A DNA stretch of 64,000 nt from the human T2T-CHM13v2.0 reference genome, Homo sapiens. The stretch is from the NCBI RefSeq assembly GCF_009914755.1, contig NC_060942.1. One strand, 5' to 3'. The notes under the pieces were generated by a model. It did no database searches and had not been told where the DNA came from. It saw only the letters and a program-made list of their open reading frames with translations. The first letter of the stretch is position 1, and every line of letters begins with the position of its first letter. Shown here piece by piece: positions 13,112 through 25,300 of this stretch. Both the position numbers and the translations under genes were made by a program.

Positions 13112-13856
13112 GGACTAAAGGATTTAAAACTGAGAAAATAAATAAAATATTAAACCTTCTCTTCCTTTCTTCATTGGATGCCCAGAATTCAGGCCTCTAG
13201 ACCTTTGCCTTCGACATAAGAAATCTGAAGAATTTGCTGCAGAGCATAAATACACAGTCCTTGGAGGTTCGTGGGAAAAAATGGTCCCAATGCACCCATC
13301 CAAACCATCCAAGATTAAAGTGCACTAATTGGCAAGCCCTAAATGCACACAAAGTGCATCAGTTCAGCTAGTTATGCTCCACTTCTCAGTTACAAAAACA
13401 GATCCCCAACAGACAAAGAAACAAAAAGGAAGTGAGTAAACAAACAATGGCAGGTGAAGAAAACATCAAACATCATTAATGCCATTAGATGGAAAAGGCA
13501 ATATAGTATGATCTCAAAACAAAAGCACAATGGTATAAAAAGTAACATAGTAAGAGAATATAGTAGAGCCCTTAGATATACACATAGACCTAGATGGTGG
13601 GTGGGGTATTGTGGGTTTGTATATGATAGGAAATATAAAACATTGAATTAAAATATTGAAAGGTAATGTTTTAAGAGAAAGAGATGAAAAGTAAGAAATA
13701 AGTTTAATACACTTAAAAGTTCACTTCACAAGTTCTATGATCAAAATAGCAAGTGTTCCAGAGAGAACAGAATAAACAAAAAACAGGAAAATTTTCATAG
13801 AGTCAATTCAAAGAAATTCTCAGTATTAAATAATTAAATTTCTAATTCAAAGGTGC

Positions 13857-14294
13857 TGTTATGTGTTAAAGTGCATGAAGTCCTAACTCCCAGTACTTCA
13901 AAATGTAATCTTGTTTGGTACTATCATCTTTGTAGATATAATCAACTAAATATGAGGTCACTAATCCTCACCAGTCCAAAATGACTGGTGGTGTCATTAC
14001 AAAAGGAGAAATTTGAACACAGCCCTAGAGGCACACAGTGAGAAGGCCATATGGAGATGCAGGCAGAGACGGGGTGAGGCATCGACATGCCAAGGAATGA
14101 ATGCCCAACATTGCCAGTAAACCTCCAGAAGTTAGGTGAGAGGCATGGAATAGATTCTCCCTCACAGTTCTCAGAAGCAGCTGTCAAATGTAATCTCAGT
14201 CTTACAGCCTCCAGGGCTCAAAGACAATAAATTTCTGTTCTTTAAGCCACTCAGTTTGTGGTACTTTTTTACAGCAGACCTAGGTAATTAATAC
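13857..14294 (+). mobile_element. MLT1B/C MaLR solo LTR
   Basis: tgttatg...gaagtcctaactcccagtac...aataaatttctgttctttaagccactcagtttgtggtac...taatac. Confidence 0.9.
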
Positions 14295-15489
14295 TGGGTC
14301 CACCAAGTATCCAATAATATAGATGAAAATAGATCCACAGCAAAGCACATGACAGTGCAATTACAGGATCTGAGTGAGTGTAAAGAGAAGATTCTAAAAA
14401 CTGGGGAAGGGAGTAGAAGAGAGCTGGTTTTGAAGGATCAATGGTTATGAAGGATCAATAATAAAAATCTATCAGATTTCTCAACAATAATGGAAGTAAG
14501 AAGACAGTAGGGAAATGTCTTCAAACTTTTGAGGGAAAAATAGTAATTTCTAACCTAAAATTCTTAATCAGCTAAAACACCAATAAAATGTTAGGGTAAA
14601 ACAAGGACATGAGATTGCAAACACTCATTTCTCAAGCATCTATAGAATGACATGGTCCACCATAAAGGATGGCATAAGCAGAGAAAAGGAAGACATGGGA
14701 TTCAAGAAATGAATCCAATGTAAGAGAGAATGGTAGAGTGGCACAAGGCAATTGTTGAGGATTCTGCAGGATGGGAGCTGTGGAAGAGGCCCGGGGAGCA
14801 CCCAGCTCCTTTTGGAACATGTCAGATGACAAACAAGAAAGAGGAGGAGGACAAGGAAAAAAAAAGGGACAAGGAAGAGGAGGAGAAGAAGTTGTTAATT
14901 AATTAATATGATAACTGATTTGTTTGAGAAATTTTATACTTATGACAGGGGATAGTAGATTAATGAATAGTCATTCATTAAGAAAGAAAACTTAAGGGGT
15001 TAAAAAATAAAGTAAAAGAAAAAATGAAATCTCTACTTAACTACAGTTTTAAATAGGATTTTTCATAGTCATATCAATGTAAACACTGAATATGGATTTA
15101 AACAAAAATTATAAATGAAATTAAGACAGATAAGGGAGAATTTTGATTATATGGGGTGGGAAGTAGAGGTGAAAGAGTGCTAAATACTCATCTTTTATAG
15201 TGAAAACTTAGTAGAAATATGCTCAATATTAAAAACAGTAATGATAGAAATACAAAAATAGTATATATGAGTACAAAGTAAGTACCCCACCAAAGATTGC
15301 CTTTGCAGAGCCAGAATGGGGGAACAGGTGGGATACTGTCATTTTTCATCACAAGCCTGTAAAGCTATTCTACCACTTACATAACATTTATACATAACTT
15401 TGAAGGAACTAAAAGTTATTAAGAGATGACTTCTTCTGAATAATTCTGTATTTGAAGTGTAGAGGTAAATCTTTGGTCATTTACTCTAG

Positions 15490-15640
15490 GCCAGTATAAT
15501 GTAACCAGGAATCACCTGGTATTTGGTTGAAAATGCAGGGCTAGAGTAGGACCTGATATCGTACATTTATCTTAAGCTCCCAGGGAGTGTCAATCCCATT
15601 GGTCCATGAACTGCATTTTGATAGCAAGGCTCTAGAACAG
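15490..15640. mobile_element. MER5 fragment
   Basis: ggaatcacctgg...aaaatgcag...aagctcccagg...ttttgatagcaagg. Confidence 0.6.
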
Positions 15641-15993
15641 CATTTTTCAACTCATTTTCAACTATTTCAGTCACATGAGGACCTTTGTAAAAAGTGTAGA
15701 TGTCTGAGAACTATTACATTCTTTAATGGCTCCTATATTGCTTGTAGCCTGGAGTTCAGACTCTCAGAATGGCACACAAGGCTCCTCCACACAGAATCCT
15801 GTCCTGCTCTGCTGCCATTACCCCATTTCTTCTAGTAACTCCAACTGGTGATCTCCCCCAAGCCCACCATGCTTCTTGTAGAGATGACTCAAAGATGACC
15901 TTGGTGTGTTGGCCTCTAAATTGTTTACTTCTTCACAGCAGGTGGAGTTCTGTTAGCTTAAAGCCCAGTCCATACCAAACTCAAATTTTTGTA

Positions 15994-16697
15994 CAGTCAT
16001 TTCCTCGTATCCGCCATTTTGCTTTCTGTGGTTTCAGTTACCCTTAGTTAACAAAAGTCTGAAAATATTAAATGAAAAACTCCAGAAGTAAATAAATCAC
16101 AAGTGTTAAATTACTCACTATTCTGAGTAGCATGATGAAATCTAGCTCCATGCTGCGTCTTGCCCAGGACATGAGCCATCCCTGTGTCCATCAGATCCAC
16201 ACTGTGTATGCTCCCTGCCCGTGAATCACTTAGTAGCCGTCTGGGTTATCAGATTGACCCTAGTGGTATCACAGTGCTTGTGTTCAAGTAGCTCTTATTT
16301 TATTTAATAATGGCCCCAGAGAGAAAGAGTAGTGATGCTGGTAAATCAGATATGCCAAAGAGAAACCATAAAGTGCTTCCTTTAAGTGAAAAGGTGAAAG
16401 TTCACAACTTAATAAGGAAAGGAAAAAGATTGTATGCTGAGACTGCTAAGATCTACAGTAAGAACAAATCTTCTCTCCGTGAAATTGTGAAGATGGAAAA
16501 AGAAATCCGTGTTCATTTTGCTGTCACACTTTAAACCGAAAAGTTACGGCCACAGTGTGTGATAAGTCCTATATTAAACATTGTAGGTATGTACACATAG
16601 TGAAAACACAGTATATATGAGGTTTGGCACTACCCAGTTTCAGGCATCCACTGGAGGTCTTGAACTGTTCCTCCCAGGATAAAGGGGAACTACTCTG
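15994..16697 (+). mobile_element. MER44 (Tigger7 internal-deletion derivative, TcMar-Tigger)
   Basis: TA|cagtc...ctg|TA termini; internal ORF 16310-16534 MAPERKSSDAGKSDMPKRNHKVLPLSEKVKV... is the Tigger/CENP-B-type N-terminal HTH. Confidence 0.9.
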
Positions 16698-16764
16698 TAG
16701 GAAGGCACTCAGAGAAGATTGTATGTCCAATTATTTTTTTAAATAGCTCGAACAATCACATTTT

Positions 16765-17170
16765 TTAGCCCCTGTGAGCCTAGCTGACCCTTACCCACCC
16801 CAAACCTCACCCCACATCTGCTGGAGATAAACAAGAGAAGGCCTGAGCCATGAGGATCCCTACCTGCTGCTGCCCTTCAGAGATCTCTGACCCAAAAAAT
16901 TCCTCGCTGTGCTGCTGAGCTGACTTCACCTAGACACGTAAATCTCCTTTCACACTCTCTCCTCTGACTGTCTCCTGGGAGTTTCCCTGCCCTTCTCTTG
17001 TAAGTAGCAACCTCTATGCCTTTGCCTGAGAACACACTCCTGCTGGAAGGGACTTCCCCTGCATTCAAACCTGTCAAAGTGTCACCCACAAAGCTTGTGT
17101 GTGCTACTGCCACATCATGGTCATATTTTTTCCATGATTGGCCTCCACATCTCAATCTCTCCATAAGGCT
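16765..17170. mobile_element. Ancient ERV LTR-like fragment, family uncertain
   Basis: C-rich LTR-like composition ending ...caaagcttgtgtgtgctactgccac; recognition only tentative. Confidence 0.35.
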
Positions 17171-17419
17171 TTAAACACCCTGAAATTCACTCCACTTTAA
17201 TTGGCTAACTTCTTTTTATCTTTTAAGACTATTTTTAGGTGGCAAGTGCTACAAGACACTTCCTTGGCCTATAACACGGAGAATTAATTAGTGTCCTGCC
17301 TTGTAGCATCTCTGCATAGAACATAATCACAAATCAGAAGTTTCAAGGCTTAATTTGACCTTTGCTGATCTAAAAGTACTTTGGGGAAAACCTCCCTTTT
17401 CTTATAGACAAATGATTTT

Positions 17420-17680
17420 CTTTCAGTCAAATGAATAAAATGTTTATTGAGCAGCGTGTATGCAAAAATATATACATATGTGTGTGTATATATATATATA
17501 TATACACACACAAATATAGCCTCTGGATTGGATTTTCAATGGTAAGAAATAAAATATTGGAGATTCTATTCCCGTGGAGTTTATAGTTTACTGAAGTAGG
17601 CAGGCATTAGTCATACAAATAAGTATAAGTGCAATTGAGATAACTTCTCTGGAGGAAGTCACTCAGAGGAGATTGTAGAC
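17420..17680 (-). mobile_element. L2 3' end containing a (TA/TG)n tract
   Basis: aaatgtttattgagca...cccgtggagtttatagtttac. Confidence 0.65.
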
Positions 17681-18939
17681 CAAAATTTATGCCAGCAGTG
17701 CAGAGTACCACATAGACAAACATTTTTAATTTCATCCTGTCTTGAAGCTAGTAGTCTTCAGACTGTTCTCTTTCTGGACTATGCCCTTGGGTGATCAAGC
17801 TAAAATCATTATGCCTGTGCATCACAATGAAGAACCCTGGGCCTTTGAGTTTATTTATTAATTGGGCTGAACCCAGATGGACTTTCAAAGAGAACTCTTG
17901 GCACAGCTGTGGGTGCTCTCTTGGCCAAACCCAGCATGAAAATGGAGTTGCCATATATCAGGCACATATTCCAATGAAGATGTTCTTTATTTCAACCATC
18001 TTCTGATTATATATGTCATACATCATAGAAAACTTTGAAAATACAATTCAGTTTTAAGAAGGAAATAAAAGTCACCTATAATCACCACCTAAATATGAGC
18101 ATGGTTGACATGTTGCTGTATTTCCTCTCCTTTGTTTCTATGCCTCTGTAACAGAAGAGGTATATTAGTTGCTGTCTCCACCCAAATTCTCCTCCAGCCA
18201 TCATCTCCTCACTGGACATCTAATTTCCCTACCCGTTTCCAGAACCATCAGTTAGTGAATTGTCTGTGGGAACCAGTCGGATGGAGGCAGATGATTTGGG
18301 GCACTAAGCCGGTAGTTGGTAAAACTCTCTGACCAGCAACAAGAAGACTCTTCACATTGTGTCACGGTCTACACTTCCCTGGTACTTGCAAAGGAAGGTT
18401 CTGTTTTCTTCCCCAAGGATTGAGGTATCTCAGTTCCTTCCTCCCATCTGCTTGTTCTCTCAGCCTTCTTCTCTCTCTTCCACAGTTACACATCTTTCAG
18501 GGAGTAGAAAAAGCTGCTCCTCAGGCAAGCCTGTGAGTATTTTTATGCAGCACATCAGTAGCTTGCAACTTCTGTCTTTGAGACTTATAGTCGTTAGAAC
18601 TGTTTCTGAAGTGGGTGATCCATGCCTACAGTGTGAAATAGGCTTGGGAAAAGGCTCCTTGGAGTAGGAATAAGAGAATTCTATGATCTAGGTAGAAAAG
18701 AAAAATGGAAAAGAATTGCAGTCTAATAAAGATTAATAATCCCACCACACATGTATGTACCTGTATTTTACAAAATCACAAGCACACATAGCCAGTTTTA
18801 TGTCTTGATATATTTTTATTCATTATTGTCTTATATTTTGTCAAAGTCTTAAAATTTTGTTTGAGAATTGAATTTTAATGTTTGTAGAATGTTCCATCCT
18901 CTGATCTGCAGCTGCTTACCTGGTTGCCAGTCAGTAATT

Positions 18940-19170
18940 TCATGTAGTGGTCAAGAACACAGGATCTAGATTCAGATGACCTAGACTGGAATCACAGGAC
19001 TCTCATTCGCCACTTTCCTGTGACCTTGGAAAAGGTACTTAACTCCTCAGTTGCCTTCTCTGTAGACAGAAATATTAATATTACCTGTCTCATAAAAATA
19101 ATAGAAAATTTAATATGCATAAATAGCTAGATTGACAGTAAACAGTCAATATGTGTAGTTGTTGCTATAC
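18940..19170 (+). mobile_element. MIR SINE
   Basis: tgtagtggtcaagaacacagga...tgtgaccttggaaaaggtacttaactcctcag. Confidence 0.8.
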
Positions 19171-19399
19171 TAATTTTAGTTTTGTGTTGTTTCTAATTAT
19201 TATTTTTTATAAATAGCTTGATTATGTATGTATTTAACATTTTATCTTTTTCTTTTTTACCTTTTTAGATAGAATTCTAGAACAGACCAAGGGCTATGAA
19301 TTTTTAAAGGCTCTGGATACATTTTGCCAAATCATTTATCAGAATGATTACATAATTTTACACCCACACAGCAGTTAAATGTTCTCCCTTCAATGAATT

Positions 19400-19722
19400 T
19401 TCCATCAGCAAGAAGAGTAATCTTTAAAAAAAAAAAAAACAAAACCCAGACTGGATCGAGTGCCTCCTTAAATCTTTGGTATGGCTTTGCTGGACCTGAG
19501 TATGCTGTCCCCTGCCCACTCATCTTGCCCTCTCCTCTTGCACTTCTTTCCTATTGGCTCACTGTCCTCCAGCCATGCAGGTGTCCTTTCCATTCCTGAA
19601 CAAGCACACTTTCATCCAGCCTTTGGACTACATAATCTGTAACCATCCTATTCCCTCTGCCTGGGATACCTCCCCTTCCACATGTCACCTCCACTCCTTA
19701 ACTTTGCTTAGTTAATTCTTAG

Positions 19723-19764
<42 letters not shown>

Positions 19765-20010
19765 GTGCATCAGAACACATTATTCTCCCTTTTTGTATCC
19801 TCTCACACACTGTCTTTTACTCCAAAGCACTTAGTGCAAGTGTAATTCATTAATTAATTATGTAATGATTTCTTTAATGTTCTTTGCTTAGCTTGTTTCT
19901 AAGCACCATGACAACAGGAACTGTGATTATCTTCTTGATGACCATAGTATTTGTATTGTCTATTGCAGATGCAAAGTAAATACTAAATAAATACTTGTTG
20001 GGTGAATAAA
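19400..20010 (+). mobile_element. L2 3' portion
   Basis: tcctccagcc...ttccctctgcctggga...ends aataaatacttgttgggtgaat. Confidence 0.75.
19724..19762. repeat. (CA)19 microsatellite
   Basis: Seen directly. Confidence 0.97.
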
Positions 20011-20129
20011 AGAGGAAATGAAACAAGATACACTTGACTTGATCTTGCTTTTCTGTAGGATAAATTTGTCTTTCAAATGTCCATTCACCAATTGGGGTAT
20101 ACCTTTTATACCTTTCTCTTCTATGTAGA

Positions 20130-23100
20130 TACCCCATTAGAAAAATCAGGACCGCACCCGTAACTTCAAGCCATATAGTACGCCATCCCACTCCCAACCC
20201 AGAATTTAGGCTAAAGACAGAGCCCTTCTTTTTGGACAGGAAAGGCTGCACTGAGAGATTCTGGACATAGACCCAGAGACAGGACTGAAGTGAGACAAGG
20301 CGCGATCATGAAACAGGGAGTTTAATCGAGCTCTCTCCCCAGCTCCTTTCCCCATTCAGCTCATTGATCACTGATATGGGCTTATAACTCAACAGAGGTT
20401 GAAGTATTTCTGTCTTATCAAATTGGCTCACCCAGGATCCTGACCTTTGAGGATCCCCACAGAAGGGCTACATTCACACCTGGTGATCCATCTAACTATA
20501 GAGCTGCCAGTTAACAAATCCTACCCAAGTGTGCAGAGCTTCCAATCAAATTCTAAGTACCTCACTCTTAAATCTGAATAGAGAACAAAGGACCACCAGA
20601 TATTTGAAGGAGGCATCTAATGTGAAAAAAAAACCACACACACAAACATAAAATGGAACTTGGAAGAAACAGGAACAATACAGGTAAAAAAATAAAACTA
20701 TGAAAATAAATTTGCCATGGTACAAGAGATAAGATAATTAAAAAGAATAAAATCTTTTGAAGAATATTTGAAAAACAGGAAAGAGCTATTGGAAATTAAA
20801 CATGGAATACCAGAAATTAAAGATTCAACTGAAGGTTTGAAAGATATATTTGAGAAAATCATTACAAATAGAGAAAATAAAGACAAAGAAAAAAATATGG
20901 GAAAAAAGATAAGAAAAAAGAAAAAAAGAGAATCAACGTAGGATGGGCAGTATCTAAATGACAAATGTTTCTGAAAAAAATAAATAAAATTTCTTATATG
21001 GAGAATACAGATGAGGAAACTATCAAAACAATAATATCGATTATGAAGCTAGATTAAAACATTTTTTAGAAATTCAAGATCTCAATGATGAGCTTTCCCA
21101 AAAGAGAAAATAAAAGAAGGAGACATGAGATCCTGGAAATAGAGAATTCAAGACAGGAGAGAGAGAAGGCAGTTCCAGGAATAATGGCGGATGGAAGTTT
21201 TCTAACAGCTGAGCAGTAGATGTGGGGAACAGCCAGACTAAACCGCAACAGTGTCATAGAAATACCTCGATAGGATATGACATGCCTGGAGATACTGAAA
21301 TGACTTCTACACTCTTTCAGAGACTTTTAAAATAAAAGCGTATTTTATCAAATACAGCGTATTTTATCAAATCTAAGCTATCAGATTCTAAAATTTAACC
21401 TCATATTATGTACTACTAAGAAAAAAGATGGTTTACCAATTAAACATGACTAATGTTTTATTTTATAATTATTGAAATTTAGACTTTTGTAGACATAGAT
21501 TTATATCACACTGGCTGTATATAAAGAGGATATAGAAACAAAATAAATTGATCAAGGCATTTCTAAACTCTTACTTTTGGAGTTAAGATTTCAGATATGT
21601 TAACATGAAAAAAAATGACGAAGAGAGCATGGCTGAGAATCCATAAATTATAGTAGGAGAAAAAAAAACAAAGCAAATAAAAAACAATTAAATATAAGAT
21701 GTTTAAGATAGGAAATGTAATAATGGAAGAACATCATGTGGCTGCTCTGGTGGAGTAATATTTAGTCATGACAATGACATGTACAATGGCATTGTGACAT
21801 GAGAAGTATACAAAATAAAACTGGATGCTATTCATATCTGTAGCTGTCTGGATCCTACCAAACTTGAAAAATATTAAAAGAATTCAGAATTTGATTAATG
21901 AAATAATCAAATCAAATGATGAAATAACCTGACCGTTGGATTATAGAGATGGAGGGATTCAGACTCAAATCAAACTTGAAAATTAAGTAATGAGTAATAA
22001 CTTTTTTTAAAGGCTTTACCTATAAAAAATATAATTCTACACTTTGGCCTGGGCCAGCACCATCTACTGATGTGAGAATCCCAATTATTTTAGAAAAAGG
22101 TAATTATTTCCTTAGTGCAGCGGTCTTTAAAGTATGAAATAATAGATAACATATAAAATAATACATTAAATATATCCCATAATGAATTCTTGAATATCTT
22201 CGTTGTAATCAGATATTTAAGAATTTGGCATGCTAACTCATTAGTGAATTCAACAGATTAGTCCTAACATTCTGGAGTATTTGGTTTTGCCTTGTTGGAA
22301 ACTATGAGAGAATTTTTGAAAGTATATCAACCATGTTGGGATGTTTAAGGTAAATGGAGAATCACCATAGTTACAAGTTTACTTTGCTGAATTTATTATG
22401 ACTGTTGGCTTAGTATATTAGTCAGCAAAATAAAATACTTTAAAAATATTAAATAGAAAACAAAGTTTAAAGTTAATTACAGAATTTTAATGAACTAAGT
22501 TTGTAAATGACACCAAACATTAATATAAGGACCCTTTATACATACTATCAATACCAATAGATTATGGACAGAAAAATAAAATTTGTAAGCTGAAGTTAAA
22601 AACTTACAGTAAAACATTTAAAACTTGTTAACACTAAGAAGTTGAATCATGTTTGAAATCCAAAGTAAACACAAATATTGTAAGTGTATGCAAATGACTA
22701 TCTTGAACAAACACATAAAATGCCCTCTCAGAGTCCCAATAATGTAAATAACTGCAATATTGACTTAACCCCAAATTGCAGAACAACTGTATTTGGGAGG
22801 TGGAAAAGAACAAAGTTGTATGGAAACGGAGGGTGTGGTGATAAGGGGATTAATTACTCCTCTTTCAGAGTAAGAGTCAATAAAATATGTCTGAGATTAA
22901 AAAATAGAGACATAACAATATAAGTATATTATTTAGAAATATGGGAGAAAATAAAAGAAACGGTTTAAAGAGTTGACAGTGATTGCCTCCAGAGAGTCAG
23001 AATCAGGAGGGAGGAGGGTCAAGGCAAATTGCTGTTTTTCTAAATGTGCTTATTGAAACTAAAAAACAAAACAAAAAAAACATGAGTATGTATTACTTTG

Positions 23101-23130
23101 ATTTAAAATAGACATTAAATTTAAAAAAGA
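20130..23130 (+). mobile_element. Second HAL1 / ancient L1M-like element, interrupted at ~21777-22731
   Basis: gtgcagagcttccaatca...cctcactcttaaat; A-rich ORF1-like tract; 3' part breaks at agtcatgacaatg (21764-21776) and resumes at agtcccaataatgtaaata...aatattgacttaacc (22732 onward). Confidence 0.65.
21777..22731 (+). other. Candidate endogenous rhabdovirus (lyssavirus/vesiculovirus)-like nucleoprotein element, decayed
   Basis: Non-repeat insert in HAL1 with collinear frameshifted motifs KLDAIHICSCL, EIIKSNDEIT, NEFLNIF..YLRI(G), YERIFES, YINHVGMFKVNGESP*L..FIMTVG, KFVNDTK and DYLEQTH resembling rabies/VSV N (by eye, from memory). Confidence 0.55.
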
Positions 23131-23829
23131 AATATTGAGAAAATAACTCGGTTTTGAATTATACATACATTGAAATTTTAATATATTTTTGTTATCCTCT
23201 TAAACCTCAAATTACAATTTTCTTGATGTTTTCATGCCCTTTTTCTATTCTCTTGCCCAGGATTTTTTCTACCTTCTCTCCTTCTGCCAACTCTAACCAT
23301 ACCACCAAAGCACATGCAAGCATTTATCATCAGGGGTTAAATACAAAAAAGTTCTTTGTTAAGAAAGAGTTAAACATTTGATGCATCTGGAAGTGGATAC
23401 TTCCGCCCATGGGGTTTCAGGATGAGATGTGCAGCCATTTGTGCAATGGAGCCTTAAAACAATCAGACCTACACCCTTCCAGCTAAAGCTAGATTTTGAC
23501 AAATTAATAGCAAATTGATTCTCATTTGTACTCAAATCAATACACCCTCAGAGATCAGCATGCTTTATACCTTCTGCTTGGGCTACTTTCTCAAAAACCT
23601 ATCCACCTGTTAATTCAAACAGAAGTTTTTGATTTTTTTTAAAAGAGTTCTATTTATATCCCCATATGAACATTTTTCTAATATAATACCTAACCCATTC
23701 ATTACAGTTAGTCTTTTTCCTTACCATCCTCTAAAAATATTTTATACTCTGCCAAACCAAAGGGATTTAATTCATTACAGTCTATTATTTTTAAAGTCAC
23801 TGTTAGCAAAATGAGCAGAATCATGATGT

Positions 23830-24170
23830 ATTTACTCTCACTTATACCTGTGCCTAGAATTTTCTTCTGCTCTCTGCCTACCTGGTAAATCTGTCATTAA
23901 TTTTCACAATGCAACACAAAGGTAACCTGTAAGTTTTTCTTGATGCCACCAGGGAGAATTGGCCACTGTTTCCCATGTGTTCCTACTGCCTCACCTATTC
24001 TTCTACCATTCAGACTTTTATCCTAGGACCTGAGTGTCTGGTGAGCTTTATCAGACTCTGGGTCCCTTGAAGGTAAAGACTATACCTTAGTCATCTCCAT
24101 ATCCCAAACACATAGCACAGCGCATGGTACAGAGCAAATACTCAAAAAAAAATTGGTGATTGAGTGAATG
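23830..24170 (+). mobile_element. L2 3' end
   Basis: ccttgaaggtaaagactataccttagtcatctccatatccc...gcacagcgcatggtacagagcaaatactca...tgagtgaatga. Confidence 0.8.
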
Positions 24171-24394
24171 ACAGTAACTACAATAAATTACAAGGCAGAA
24201 GACAGAGAGTCTAATGCTAGTTTTTCAGCATATTAGCTATGGAACTCTCTAAACTTCAGTTACTACTTTTATAATGTGGAAAACTAATACCATTTATTTT
24301 ACAGTTACAGAGGTATCATGATCAAATGAAGGAATGAATATAAAAATACCTTACCAGCTGTAAAGAAGTACACAAAGTATTGTTTCCTCACTTT

Positions 24395-25300
24395 TGTCAT
24401 TCATTCAACAAGCACTTACTGAACACCTGTTTCGTGCTAGGCATTATTTTAGGCACTGCGATAGATCGGTGAATAAAAGATAAAATATCCCTGTCCTTGA
24501 GAAACTCAATTTTGGGATGGTTGGGGAAGGAAGAACAAACGATAATCAAATCAGTAAAATATATAGTATGTTAGATGGCGATAACTGCTATCAATAAAAA
24601 TAAAGTAGAAAGGGGGGATGGAAAGTATAGGTAAAAAAATTGAAGCTGCAGGAGAGCAGGGAGAATTGCTGGAAAGACTGAGCATGAAGAATCATGAGAG
24701 AGCGGGATCTAGTAGAGGAGTAAGGACAGCTCATCCTTGGCAGCAGGAGAGAAGGCTGACTGTGTAAGTCTAAACACAGGAAGGTGGTTGGGGTGGTAGT
24801 ATGGCATTGTATAAGTTTTCTTCTCAGTAAAATCAGAACAAGAATCTCAGTTGAAAGTGAGGGGAGGGACGGCAGTGTTCAATGTTCAAATATAAAGGAA
24901 AAATAGTCTTAGAAGAGTATGGGCAAACGGAGGAGACAACTATGGGTTTTTTCCTGCTGAGATGTTTATTTTACATAATTTTTAATGATTTGATTATTAT
25001 ACGATGTATTCATGTATCAAAACATCACATTGTACCCCATACATGTGTACAATTATTATGTATCAATAAAGAAACAAGCAAACAATAAAAAGAACTATGG
25101 TTTAATTGCCAGGCAGTATTAAGGAATCACTTAGCGATTATAGATTTAAGGTATTACCAGTTACCATGGTTGTGTTTTTCTTCACCATTGATCAACTCTG
25201 CAGGTGAAGTTATGGTAGAGGCAAAAGTTTGGATTTAACTGGATTTTGACTTAGATAAGGGAGTAGAATCCAGTGGGAAGCAAGAGGTTTGAGGCCATGT
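24395..25300 (-). mobile_element. L2 fragment with a small L1M 3'-end insert (~24980-25090)
   Basis: cattcattcaacaagcacttactgaacacctgtttcgtgctaggca; L1M tatcaaaacatcacattgtaccccatac. Confidence 0.75.

Larger units (their letters stand above)
11700..15420 (+). mobile_element. HAL1 / ancient L1M-like element (5' UTR, ORF1-like, 3' end) interrupted by MLT1, MER41A and MLT1B/C
   Basis: Decayed ORF1-like tract (cagatttctcaacaata...agaagacagtagggaaatgtcttcaaacttttgagggaaaa) and 3' tract catagtcatatcaatgtaaacactgaatatggatttaaac, also seen in the second copy at 20-23 kb. Confidence 0.65.

Noticed and set aside
18460-18540. Possible 47-nt + strand micro-exon (ttccacag...cct|gtgagt)
   Set aside because: Weak donor context and no supporting structure; such pairs are common by chance
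22190-22360. Bornavirus glycoprotein (EBLG) reading of the 21.8-22.7 kb insert: LEYL...GVFGFALLETMREFLKVY/INH vs BoDV G IEYL...[20 protein letters not shown]
   Set aside because: Only one local resemblance; the cysteine-rich ectodomain and furin site are absent, whereas rhabdovirus N gives many collinear matches. It does show that by-eye matches can mislead, so an HMM test is needed.
22699-22720. tcttgaacaaacacataaaa as a decayed rhabdoviral TGA7 gene-end signal or poly-A
   Set aside because: The same bases translate as DYLEQTH, matching the N C-terminus; both readings cannot hold and neither is provable here
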